Shown: positions 48,538 to 59,480, counted from the stretch's first letter. The stretch is 64,000 nt of DNA from Camelus ferus (GCF_009834535.1 NC_045712.1:24986001-25050000); one strand, 5' to 3'. Translations and numbers: made by a program. The notes: a model not told the origin generated them from the letters alone.

Positions 48538-48783
48538 AGGGATGACTTACCCACTGGGCACAGTAGGCACAGGGCCACAGTATTTAGATGGGCCCCAAAA
48601 TATTTTAATTTAATCTTTTTTGATTATAAGAGAAGTTTATAATAATGACTATATAATAATGAACTCAGTCTGGATTATACCTACCAATATAGTTGTAAAA
48701 TATATTCTAAAATATTTTTTGGATGAAGGGGCCAACAAAGGCAAACATGCCTAAGGTCCATAGACGTCCTAACACAGCCATGC
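48538..48783. mobile_element. AT-rich island, possible non-autonomous hAT DNA transposon remnant
   Basis: Sharp AT-rich insert in GC-rich DNA; ends CAGGGATGACTTACCCACTGGGCAC...GTCCTAACACAGCCATG resemble hAT termini. Family not identified. Confidence 0.35.
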
Positions 48784-49753
48784 AGGGAAGTACACTCCCT
48801 GGCTGTACCATCCTGAGGCACCTAGACTCCAGTATCACAGACAGGCCTGCCCCGTTAAATCTGCCACCCAGACAGCCTCCCTGCACTGCCTCCCCCCAAC
48901 CATGCCAAAGAAAGCCACAAAGTCCAGCTCCAGCTGACAGAGTGGGAGGGGCCACTTCCGGCCCAGCCCCACGTCCTAGGGAGGGCACTTTGCTAGGAGT
49001 GCAGACATGGCTGGGCTGTCTGGCCCAGCCCTCCAACCCAGGGCCCACCCCCTCAGCCCGCCCCCAGACTGGGTGGAGTGACCCCTACAAAAGCTCAGAG
49101 TTTCCAGCAGCAGCTTCTTCCTCCAAGAGTCCTGGTGCAGCTGGAGCCAGAGTTAAGGAACAGAATCTTGCTGAGCTGGGCCTTGGCCCGCACCACCCTG
49201 GGGTCAGGAAGTTTGGAGAATGAGGCCCTTCAGCCCTGAGGTCAGCAGGGACAAGTGGGCAGACTGGCGGGCGTACAGGAGGGCTGGGCTGACCTTTCCT
49301 TGGTCACTGAGCATCCCCTCCTCCAGTGGCTGGCCAGGATTCCTGGGGGAAGAGACAGGAAAGACTCCCTGGCCCCTGCCCCCACCAGTTGGTCAGCCTG
49401 GGGGCTGAGGGCCTGGCTCTCAGCTCGTCTTCTCAAAACAGATGCCATGGCTTCTGTGGCCCTCGGGAAAGAGGGGGTGGGCGAATTGAGGCCAAGGGGA
49501 GGCCTGTGGGAGACAAGGGGCAGAGGTCCAGCCCAAGAGGCAACGTGGATGTGCCGTCTAGTGGCCATGTTCCCCTCAAGGGTAACTCTGACCTCCCTGA
49601 GCCCTGCAGGTCAATATTTACCTGAAGTCAGAACAGGGGTGGATTAATGAGCAAGGGGCTTGGCCTGCCTGCCCTCAGTACGGGTCAGAGAGTTCTAGGC
49701 CCGCTCTCAGCTCTACCTCCCTTGGCCAGGTTTCCCTAGACCTGCCCTGGGCC

Positions 49754-51601
49754 ATGGCAGCCCACCTGCTTCCCATCTGCACCCTCTTCCTGAACTTGCT
49801 CAGCATGGCTCAAGGCTCCAGGGGCCCTGTGGTACCCAACCGGCCCTTCACCACCGTCTGGAACGCAAACACCCAATGGTGTCTGGAGAAACACGGCGTG
49901 GACGTGGATATCAGTGTCTTTGATGTGGTGGCCAACCCGGGGCAGGACTTTCGCGGCCCTAACATGACCATTTTCTACAGCTCCCAGCTGGGTACCTATC
50001 CTTACTACACGTCTGCTGGGGAACCCGTGTTTGGTGGCCTGCCTCAGAATGCCAGCCTGGATGCCCACCTGGTCCGCACATTCCAGGACATCCTGGCCGC
50101 CATGCCTGCATCTGACTTCTCAGGGCTGGCGGTCATTGACTGGGAGGCATGGCGCCCACGCTGGGCCTTCAACTGGGACACCAAGGAAATTTATCGGCAG
50201 CGCTCACGGTCTCTGGTACAGAGGCAGCACCCCTACTGGCCAGCTCCTTTGGTGGAGGCAGCAGCTCAGGACCAGTTCCAGGGGGCTGCACAGGCCTGGA
50301 TGGCAGGCACCCTCAAGCTGGGGCAAGCACTGCGGCCTTATGGCCTGTGGGGCTACTATGGCTTCCCTGACTGCTATAACTATGACTTTTTAAACCCCAA
50401 CTACACAGGCCAGTGCCCACCAAGTATCCGTGCCCAGAATGACCAGCTGGGGTGGCTGTGGAGCCAGAGCCGTGCCCTCTACCCCAGCATCTACATACCT
50501 GCGGCCATGGAGGGCACAAGGAAGGCACAGATGTATGTGCGGCACCGAGTGAGTGAGGCATTCCGTGTGGCTGTGGGTGCTGGGGACCCTAGTCTGCCGG
50601 TGCTGCCCTACGTCCAGATCTTCTACGACATGACTAACCACTTTCTGCCCCTGGTAAGTCTCCTGTGACCCTGCCCATGTCATAGCCTACCTTGTCTGGC
50701 ATTAGTCCAACAACTGAGGCCACACAGCCCTGGGGCACTTTAGCCTTAGGGCACCTTCATCAATTCCCTCTCACAGTCTTTGAGCACCTGCTGTGTGCCA
50801 AGATCTGCTCGGCACAGACTCAGCATTCATCAGAGAGTCCCTGCCTGCAGGGCACTCACAGGCTAGAGTCAGGGCAAGCCTGCCTCTGGCCACTAGGGTT
50901 AGAGCAGCCCCAGGTGGGGGTTATGAATGATTTGTCCTATCCAATAGTGTCATGTCAGTCTGCTGTGGGGAGGGAGGGAGGCCCCACAGAGCTATGCTGT
51001 CCTTTCTCCAGGAGGAGCTGGAGCACAGTCTGGGGGAGAGCGCAGCCCAGGGGGCGGCAGGAGTGGTGCTCTGGGTGAGCTGGGAGAACACGAGAACCAA
51101 GGTGAGCTCAGGCCCAGGATGGGGGTGAGGGTGGGGGCAGGGGTGGGGCTGCCAGGCTGACCGGGGAGATGCTGGCCCACCGTTTACCCTTGCAGTCCTG
51201 GCTGATTCGCAGGTGAATGCCTCGATGCCCTAGCTGGGCCCATGCCTGGCCGTGATGTCCCTGACACATCCCTTCCCACCTAGGAGTCATGCCAGGCCAT
51301 CAAGGAGTATGTTGACACGACGCTGGGGCCTTTCATCCTGAATGTGACCAGCGGGGCGCTTCTGTGCAGTCAAGCCCTGTGCTCTGGCCATGGCCGCTGC
51401 GTCCGGCGCCTCAGCCACCCTGAGGCCCTCCTCAACTTCAACCCCACCAGTTTCTCCATCAAGCCCATGCCTGGTGGTGGACAGCTGACCCTACGAGGTG
51501 CCCTCTTACTGGAGGATTGGGGGCAGATGGCTGAGAAATTCAAATGTCGCTGCTACCGTGGGTGGAGAGGAACATGGTGTGAGCAGCAGGGCATGTGGTG
51601 A
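49754..51601 (+). CDS. HYAL1: Hyaluronidase 1 (GH56), 435 aa (450 aa from the upstream AUG at 49220)
   Basis: Exons 49754-50653 (900 nt, AVIDWEAWRP), 51012-51101 (90 nt), 51284-51601 (318 nt, ...CEQQGMW*); 1308 nt total. Confidence 0.97.
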
Positions 51602-51869
51602 TTGGCACATGCACACCTTGAGTACCTAGTGCACTCTGGGACTGGCTGTGGCTCTCTCAAGTACAGGCAGTCACACATATCATGGTCACAGTCAGAAGTA
51701 CACTCAGCCAGTCATGAGCCTATGCCAGCACATGCACACGTGCTTACAGACCAGGATAGTTGCATAAGGAGTTAGAGCCTTGGAAACCCACCCAGCATGG
51801 TCAAAAATATTTCTTCCAGAGACACTGAGCAAGTCTTTAAACTTAAGCCATCGTAAGAACTGACACTCA

Positions 51870-52055
51870 TTGGACATCTACTCTTTCCAAGTCCTGTGCT
51901 AAGCCTTTTAAGTAGGCTAACTTAATTGTGCAATCCTAACACGACGTTATGAGGAAACAGGCACACACAGGGAGGGTAAGCACTTTGCCCAAGGTTGCAC
52001 AGCCAGAAAATGAAGGCACTGAGATTCAAACCAGGCTGCCTGGCTATAGAGGCAG
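51870..52055 (-). mobile_element. MIR fragment in the HYAL1 3' UTR
   Basis: GAGGAAACAGGCAC...CTTTGCCCAAGGTTGCACAGC...GATTCAAACCAGG. Confidence 0.6.
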
Positions 52056-52133
52056 AACCCTTTGGCCCCTATTGTGTGTTGATGGTAAACAGCCCTGCGC
52101 AACCTGAATCCGCTCAGAAGTATCAGCCTTGCA

Positions 52134-52139
52134 AATAAA
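52134..52139 (+). terminator. HYAL1 polyadenylation signal (AATAAA)
   Basis: AATAAA about 530 nt after the stop. Confidence 0.65.
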
Positions 52140-52379
52140 GCTGACATGACTCTTGCTTCAAGAGCTGTTTATGGAGCGCGTAATACGTGCAGGCGCTGGG
52201 ATCCAGAAGGCACAAGAAAAGTTCTCTCACTCAGAGCTGATGTCTGTCCGAGGGCGGCTACTTCCCAGGGTGGGGCCCAGATTCCAGGAGGAACTTCCAC
52301 CTGACCAGTCGCACCCTGGACTGGGGCAGAAGCCCCACGTGAGCTGAGACAAAGCGGAGCAGAGGCGAGACCTATCTGA

Positions 52380-52830
52380 GCCTGGGGCGGGGCGGGGCGG
52401 GGCGAGGCGAGACAGAAGCCCAGCCAACCCGAGACAGAGCCCGCGCTCAGTCGGAACTCACTGGGCCTCGATAAGCAAGGACAGGCGGGGCAGAGGTGGA
52501 GCCAGGGCAGAGGCCCGATCTGCGTTGGGGTAGTGTCATGACACTCACGGCCGGGGGCGGGGCCTAGGCGGCGGCCGCGCAACCCGGGAGACACCGGAAG
52601 TGGTGCGCCGCGGGCCGTGACGGCTGCAGTGCGACCGCCGCACCGCTAGGGGCCAGCGCGGGCGGCCGGAGGAGTCCGAGACAGAGAGCGAGATACCGAT
52701 TCGTGCGGATCGTGGACGCGGAGCATCCCGGAGTACGGCGTCAGCATGTCAGTAGTGCCCCCTCCCCACGCTCGGCGTGTTCGTCTTCATTGTCTCCCGC
52801 TCTTCGCGTCTGCCATGCGTACTGTCCTCA
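52380..52830 (+). promoter_or_regulatory. Shared NAA80/HYAL3 CpG-island promoter and probable common non-coding exon 1
   Basis: (GGGGC)4 GC boxes from 52384, ETS CCGGAAGT at 52594-52601; candidate donor GTACGG at 52733 (weak, uncertain). Confidence 0.7.
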
Positions 52831-54456
52831 AGTGACTCTGCCGCCCTGCATGCCCTCTTTGCGTCTATCTTTCCCTCCCAGAGCATGCCGAGCCACACCC
52901 ACCCAAAGTCAGGCTCCCGAAGCTTCCACCCCCAAACTCCACGGTTTGTCACACACTGGGAAGAAGGGGGAAACCGAGGCAGGAGAGACTGCCCAGTCTG
53001 AGGACCCGGGAGCCCCGCCCGCAGTGGGTGGGGTCGGCACAGAATGGGTTAAGCTCGCGGGGGAAGTTTGGGGCTCCAGGCCCAGGGGCGGATCTTGGGG
53101 CTTCCTCCCTCCTGGTCCAGGGGTGCAACTGCTGTGGAGGTGGCTGATGCAGGTGAGGAACTTACAGCCCTCTGAGTGGGACGTGGTGTGAGGGGAGGGG
53201 GCTGCCTGTTACTGACCAGTGTGGAACTGGCCTCAAGCTCAGGGAGCCTTCTTGGGGAGGAGGTAAAGGGGAGCCAGGGCATCCCCTCTGGAGCAGGTGA
53301 GTAGAAGGGTAGGGCCCAGCGGCCACCTGCCACTAGAATACCCCCAGCATAGACCCTCCTGCCAGCAGAGCCTCGGGTAGGATGGGCAGGCATTGGAGTT
53401 TGGAGGCAAGGGGTCTGAGCCCCCAGCCTGGTGGCCGTTGGACACCCCTGTGGATGTAGGAAGGAAGCTGTGGTTCTTATCTACGGTGGCTACGAAACTC
53501 AGGCCAGTGGGGAACCAGGTCTGTAGGAGCCACATTGCTATGTGCGCCTGGCCCGTTGCTACAGCTGCTGGGACCCTTTCTGAGGGGACAGGTGGGTCCT
53601 TGCCCAGTTAAAGTGCCCTGAACTGGGCAGTTTGGGGGAGGGAGCCATGAACTCTGTGTCCCAGGCAGGGAAGGCAATCCAGGCAGGGGAAAATTGAGCC
53701 TGATGGGTGGGTGAATGTTGTCCCAGGATCTGTTAGGTAGTAGGCACGACCCAGGTGGTCAAAAAGGCTGGGACCTGGAGTAGAGAGAGAAGGGTGGGAC
53801 AGCAGAGTTCCTGGGGGTAGCTGTGTTTCCTCCAAAGGGAATGCAGGGGGTTAAGCAGGGGGTTGTGGTGTCTAGTTTGCATCTTCTGTCCACTGGCCAG
53901 CCAGTTGCCATGGTATAGGGCTGGATCCACTGTCCTGGGGAGGACAAAGCTGTAGCCAGAGCAGGCTGAGGCCAGGACTCTTTTGAGTTCTGCCCCAGCC
54001 TTTAGCCCTCAGTCTCTGTCCAGTGTAAGGCAGGGCATCCTGGACCCATCCCCTCTGCTCTCCACCTGAGTCAGCTCCCCCAGGTATAGGGGATGGGATC
54101 CTCCAGGTCATCGGTGCTGTCAAATGAATATGGGGGCAGGGTGCAGCCCACCAGTATGAGGATGTGTGGCCCTCCCTAGCACTCTGTCAGCCACTCTTTG
54201 CCCCAACCCCATCCTCCCTTCTGGCACAGCCCAGCATGGCTGTTGTCCACAGGATGCTCTCTTGTGGTCTGAGGCGATAACACTGCCTGGAGACTGTGGC
54301 GTAACCCCTTGCCTGGGACTGAGCTACCTGCAACCCAGCATGAGATAACCTTGGTTCCTAGCCTGACTCAGCTGAGCCTGGATCCTCCATGTAGGCAAGA
54401 GCTGACTCAGCCCTGGCCCAGCCAAGCTGACCCCTACCCTAGACCCTACATACCAG

Positions 54457-55287
54457 GTGGAGCTGATCCTGAGTACCAGCCCACCCCAACTAACTCTGGG
54501 TCCTGCATGCCAGCCAGAGGTGACCCTGAGATCCAACCTGGCCAAGCTGACGCTGGATCCTGCACGCCAGCCAGAGGAGACCCCAGCCCCCAACCTGGCT
54601 GAGCTGACCCTGGAGCCTGTGCATTGCCGACCTGAGCTCCTGGATGCCTGTGCCGACCTCATCAATGAGCAGTGGCCCCGCAGCCGCGCCTCCCGCCTGC
54701 ACTCCCTGGGCCAGTCCTCAGACGCCTTCCCCCTCTGCTTGATGCTGCTGAGCCCCTGTCCCACGCCCGAGGCAGCCCCCATTGTGGTGGGCCATGCCCG
54801 CCTGTCACGGGTGCTGGACCGGCCCCAGAGCCTCCTAGTGGAGACAGTGGTGGTGGCCCGGGCCCTGAGGGGCCGTGGCTTTGGCCGCCGCCTCATGGAG
54901 GGCCTGGAGGCCTTTGCTCACGCCCGGGGCTTCCGCCGGCTACACCTCACCACCCACGACCAGCTACACTTTTATGCCCACCTGGGCTACCAGCTGGGTG
55001 AGCCTGTGCAGGGCCTGGTCTTCACCAGCCGGCGGCTGCCCACCACCCTGCTCAATGCCTTCCCCAGGGTTCCCTTTTCCCGGCCACCTGTCAAGGCCCC
55101 TAGCCTGACTGCCCAAGCTGCCCTAAGAGCCCCAAAGGAGCCATCATTGCCACCACCCCCTCCCCTGCCTGAGCCCTTGACCGCCTTACCCCGACCTCCA
55201 GCAGGGCCCCCTCCACAAAGCCTGCTGGAAACACAATACCACGACCTGAGAGGATGCCCTGTATTCTGGATGGAAAAAGACATCTGA
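54457..55287 (+). CDS. NAA80: Actin N-terminal acetyltransferase NAA80 (NAT6/FUS2), single coding exon inside HYAL3 intron 1; start codon unresolved (GTG at 54457)
   Basis: Open frame containing the GNAT domain (LINEQWPRSRASRL...VVVARALRGRGFGRRLM...HLTTHDQ), the polyproline PPPPPLP motif and the C-terminus FWMEKDI*. The position equivalent to human Met-ELILSTSP is GTG. Confidence 0.93.
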   Translation: MELILSTSPPQLTLGPACQPEVTLRSNLAKLTLDPARQPEETPAPNLAELTLEPVHCRPELLDACADLINEQWPRSRASRLHSLGQSSDAFPLCLMLLSPCPTPEAAPIVVGHARLSRVLDRPQSLLVETVVVARALRGRGFGRRLMEGLEAFAHARGFRRLHLTTHDQLHFYAHLGYQLGEPVQGLVFTSRRLPTTLLNAFPRVPFSRPPVKAPSLTAQAALRAPKEPSLPPPPPLPEPLTALPRPPAGPPPQSLLETQYHDLRGCPVFWMEKDI

Positions 55288-55472
55288 GGACTACCCAGTG
55301 CAAGACACTGTCTTTCCGGGTCAGTTGACTGCCCAGGACAGTACCAGCCTCAGCCCACTGGCCATCCTCAGCTTCTAGGCCCTGGGGGCAGCTTTAGCCT
55401 GGGCACATTTCCCAAGTGCCAGTGGGGCCAGGAGATGGCTCCATGGCTGTAGCTCAGAGCTCTGTGTGGCTG

Positions 55473-55478
55473 AATAAA
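55473..55478 (+). terminator. NAA80 polyadenylation signal (AATAAA), inside HYAL3 intron 1
   Basis: AATAAA 185 nt after the stop, with a GU-rich downstream element. Confidence 0.75.
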
Positions 55479-55672
55479 GGCTTCTCTTGGGTGTGGCTGT
55501 GACAGTGTATTTGTTGACCCTCACCCCCACTTCCCAGCCTTGTCTTAGGTCCCCTATGCCTGCAGGAGCCCCCAGATCCACCTTGGCCTTAGGGCCATGG
55601 ATGGAGGGACATTTACCCTTTGCTCCCCTCACTCTACCAGGCCCAGGGGACAGGGTTTCTGTTTCCTTCCAC

Positions 55673-56050
55673 ATTCACTCACTCATCATTGTTTACTGAG
55701 CACCTGCTGTGTGTCAGGCCCTGGATTGGGCACAGGCAGTGGGGAACTGGACAGACAGGCTCTGGACCCAAGGGACAGGGCAGGCATACAGTGGCAGGAT
55801 CCATGCTGAGTCAGTGGGAGCTCAAGTGCCCTCATTCCACTTGGAGATCAGACCTAGGTGATGGCACAGCAGAGATCTGAGTGCTGAGTAGGGATTAAGC
55901 CAGGCAGGGTAGGAGCTGAGTGTTCTTGGGGCAGGAAACAAGATGGGCAGAGGAAAGAGGGGACTTGTGAGAGCTGTGGATGGGGGAGATGTCAGAGGGC
56001 ACAGTGTTGTCATGACAGAAATGGACAACATGGAAGGGTACCTGCCCAGG
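55673..56050 (-). mobile_element. L2 3' end fragment
   Basis: CATTCACTCACTCATCATTGTTTACTGAGCACCTGCTGTGTGTCAGGC, typical antisense L2 tail. Confidence 0.6.
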
Positions 56051-56231
56051 CCATCTTGAGCTGTGAGAAGCCCATGTGACCCCCTTGGGAACCATGCTCT
56101 TCCCACCTTCCTTCCTTGTGGGGAGGAGCTGGAGAAATCTTCCCACTTTCTCTGTTGAGCAGAAGGTATGGCCATGGCCATGGACTCTAAACTCACACTC
56201 CCTTTCTCCTGCAGGTTTCCATCCCTGGGGC

Positions 56232-57821
56232 ATGACCATGCAGCTAGGCCCGGCCCTGGTGCTAGGGGTGGCCCTGTGCTTGGGGTGTGGCCAGCCCCAG
56301 CTGCAGGCCCCTGAACACCCCTTCTTGGTGCTGTGGAATGTACCCTCAGCACGCTGTAAGGCCCGCTTTGGTGTGCACCTGCCACTGGAGGCCCTGGGCA
56401 TCACGGCCAACCGTGGTCAGCATTTCCATGGCCAGAATATCACCATCTTCTACAAGAATCAACTCGGCCTCTATCCCTACCTTGGGCCCAGGGGCACAGC
56501 TCACAATGGGGGCATCCCCCAGGCTGTGCCCCTTGACCGCCACCTGGCACAGGCTGCCAATCAGATCCGCCACAGCCTGCTACCCGGCTTCGCTGGCCTG
56601 GCAGTGCTGGACTGGGAGGAATGGTGTCCACTCTGGGCCGGGAACTGGGGCCACCGCCACGCCTATCAGGCAGTCTCCTGGGCTTGGGCACAGCAGGTAT
56701 TCCCCAACCTGGACCCCCAGGAGCAGCTCTACAAAGCCCGTACTGGCTTTGAACAGGCAGCCCGTGCACTGATGGAGGACACGTTGCGGCTAGGCCGAGC
56801 ACTGCAGCCTCACGGGCTCTGGGGCTTCTATCGCTACCCAGCCTGTGGCAATGGCTGGCGCGGTCGGGCTTCCAATTACACAGGCCACTGCCATGCAGCT
56901 GCCCTGGCCCGCAACACCCAACTCTATTGGCTCTGGGCTGCCTCCAGCGCCCTCTTCCCCAGCATCTACCTACCACCCAGGCTACCACCTGCCCATCACC
57001 AGGCATTTGTCCGATACCGCCTGGAGGAGGCTTTCCGTGTGGCCTTCACTGGGCACCTACATCCCCTGCCTGTCCTGGCCTACGCCCGCCTCACACACCG
57101 GAGGTCTGGGAGGTTCCTGTCCCAGGTAAGTGAAAGCTGAAGTCTAGGGGTCTGAGTGGGGAAGCATGACATTCTCTGAGTGAAGGGCCTGGAAGCCACT
57201 CAGAGGCTCAAGGTCAAGGGGCCCTGCTCTAGAGGTGGAACCAGATCATGGTAGTGAGCCACGGAAGTTCTGGAAGTTGGATGTAGGCCCAGGTGGATCT
57301 AGCCAGCCCAGCCCTGGCTTAGCAGCTCTTTGCCTCCAGGGTGAACTCATGCAGACCATTGGTGTGAGTGCTGCACTGGGGGCAGCCGGCGTGGTGCTCT
57401 GGGGGGACCTGAGTTTCTCCAGCTCTGAGGTGATCATTGCCCCCTCCAGCCTGCCACACATTCCATGCTGGGGTCCCAGAGTTGGGGAAAGACTATGTCA
57501 GGGCCATGGAGCAGGAGCATTGATACATCCCTCCCCTCTCCTCAGGAGGAGTGCTGGCATCTCCATGACTACCTAGTGGGCACCCTGGGCCCCTATGTGA
57601 TCAACGTGACCAGGGCAGCCATGGTCTGCAGTCACCAGCGGTGCCATGGCCATGGCCGTTGTGCCTGGCAAGACCCAGGACAGCTGGAAGCCTTTCTGCA
57701 CCTGCAGCCAGATGGCAGCCCTGGAGCTTGGGAGTCCTTCAGCTGCCGCTGTTACTGGGGCTGGGCTGGCCCTACCTGCCAGGAGCCCAGGCCTGACCTT
57801 GGGCCTGAAGAAGCAACATAA
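56232..57821 (+). CDS. HYAL3: Hyaluronidase 3 (GH56), 419 aa
   Basis: Acceptor at 56214/56215; exons 56232-57125 (894 nt, [10 protein letters not shown]), 57340-57429 (90 nt), 57546-57821 (276 nt); 1260 nt total. Confidence 0.96.
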
Positions 57822-58299
57822 AGCCAGGGGTCACCTGCCCCTGACCTCCTTGTCCCTGCTGCCATTTTTCCAGTCCTGGGGTGGTGGCTCTGTCACACTC
57901 TTGTTCTATTTTGCTTACAGTCAATTCTCCTGTGCACATATCCCACTTCCCATGGGATCCCTGGGGAGTGGAAGAGGCCAGAAGAAACGCACCAGTTTAA
58001 AACCAGAGGCCCTCTGAGATCACCTGATCCCTCCTGACAAGGAAGCAGCCCCAGGAAGTCAGTGTTCCAGAAGTTTAGGGCTGCCAGCCCAGGGATCTAT
58101 TCTACATCTCACTGAGAACATGGAGAGATCACAGGAAACCCTCCACGGGCAGGAGGGTGGGGAGGCTAGAGGGGAGGGGAGTGGGGTGGGCCAGGGAGAT
58201 CTTGGCTAAGATCTGTAAGTGCTAAGCTGTTGTCTGTACTGTTTTCATCATAAAGTTACTTCTTTCACTGCCTAAGGTTAAGCTGTTCCCCGATTCTAC

Positions 58300-59170
58300 T
58301 GAAACCCACCCTCCCCTCGTCATCGCTAGCATCCCGCTGCAAGAGCCCAGAAATGCCGGTCCTGCGTGGTGGGCAGCTCCAAGGGGACAGCTTCAGAGTT
58401 AACCACTACACGTGTTGGGGGCCGCAGGGCATTGTGGGTGCATAGTTCAGCTAAAGCGGCGTGGGCTTATAGGTCCCGGGAGTAGACTACAATTCCCGAG
58501 GTGCTCTGCGCCCAGCCGGCCGGCGGTAATCTCGGCGCGCAACACTTTGGGAATGGTAGTTTCGGCAATGTGAAGGCGGGTCTGAGTCTAGCAGCCAGGA
58601 ACTCGTCTTCCCGGCCACCCGTTCAGTAGGGCGGGGCGCTTCAACCTGTTTGGCAGGGCGGGGCGCCTCGCGAAGATGGTGGCGCGCGCGGCGTGTGGCT
58701 CCCGTCGTCTGCCGAAGTCTCAATTCAGCACACTGGCCGGCGACTCGCTGGTCTGGAGCCCCCGCCCGCCAGGTGCCTGACCCCGCGCCCATCGACGCCG
58801 GATTCCCGACATGCCCCGCGCCCGAAAGGGCAGTGCACCCCGCAGAGGCCAGCGCCGCGGAGGAGGTAAGTGGGGGACGCGGCGCAAGTGAGGAACGGCG
58901 AGTGGGGGTCCTGATTGGGTTCCCGTCTGTGTCCCCGAGGGTCCTGGGGTGAGGACTCCTGCCTCATCCAGTCTGGTGCGGCGCCCCGCAACTCCCCTGT
59001 GGCCCGCACGTGCGCCAGGAATCAGCGGCCACGTGTGTGCTCAGCTTGAGCGCGTTGCCTGTCTGCCTGGAGCCCTAGCTCCCGGCCCTAATCCGGTGTG
59101 CACCTCCCGGCCTTAGTTGCTTCATCGTTCCGCCATACCGGTCGTCTACTGTGGTGGACGTACCGGCCAG
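58300..59170 (+). promoter_or_regulatory. IFRD2 CpG-island promoter
   Basis: ACTACAATTCCC at 58486-58497, inverse TTTGGGAATGGTAGTTT at 58546-58562, GC boxes at 58629-58665. Confidence 0.75.
58811..58865 (+). CDS. IFRD2: IFRD2 first coding exon only; no further IFRD2 exon recognised in the window
   Basis: MPRARKGSAPRRGQRRGG+G followed by a consensus donor GTAAGT; matches recalled human MPRARKGNTLRKGGQRRGG; syntenic position right after HYAL3; CpG-island promoter. Confidence 0.85.
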
Positions 59171-59480
59171 GCAGAGCAGGAACCCAGCCCTTTCTCCAAG
59201 CCCTGATCTTTCCTGGACTAGACTAGGAAGTTGGCCGGAGGGTGGCTTTTCCCGGAGCACCAAGAGAGGGAGTGATGGGGAAGCTGCAAAATTTGGGTCT
59301 TGGCTGCTTGTCTCTGGAAGGTAGATGAGTGCCCTGGAGCCTGAGGCAACCCTGAGAGTCGCTTATCAGGTCGACCAGGAGGAGCATGTTGTGGTACAGT
59401 AAAGATATATGTTTGCAGGGATGGGGTGCCTATTAGACACACCTCAGACACGGTCACCACTTTAATGGGGCTTGTGAGGG

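Noticed and set aside
56076-56231. 52-aa N-terminal extension of HYAL3 in the ORF track
   Set aside because: Lies mostly upstream of the acceptor at 56214/56215 and is therefore intronic; the signal peptide starts at ATG 56232.
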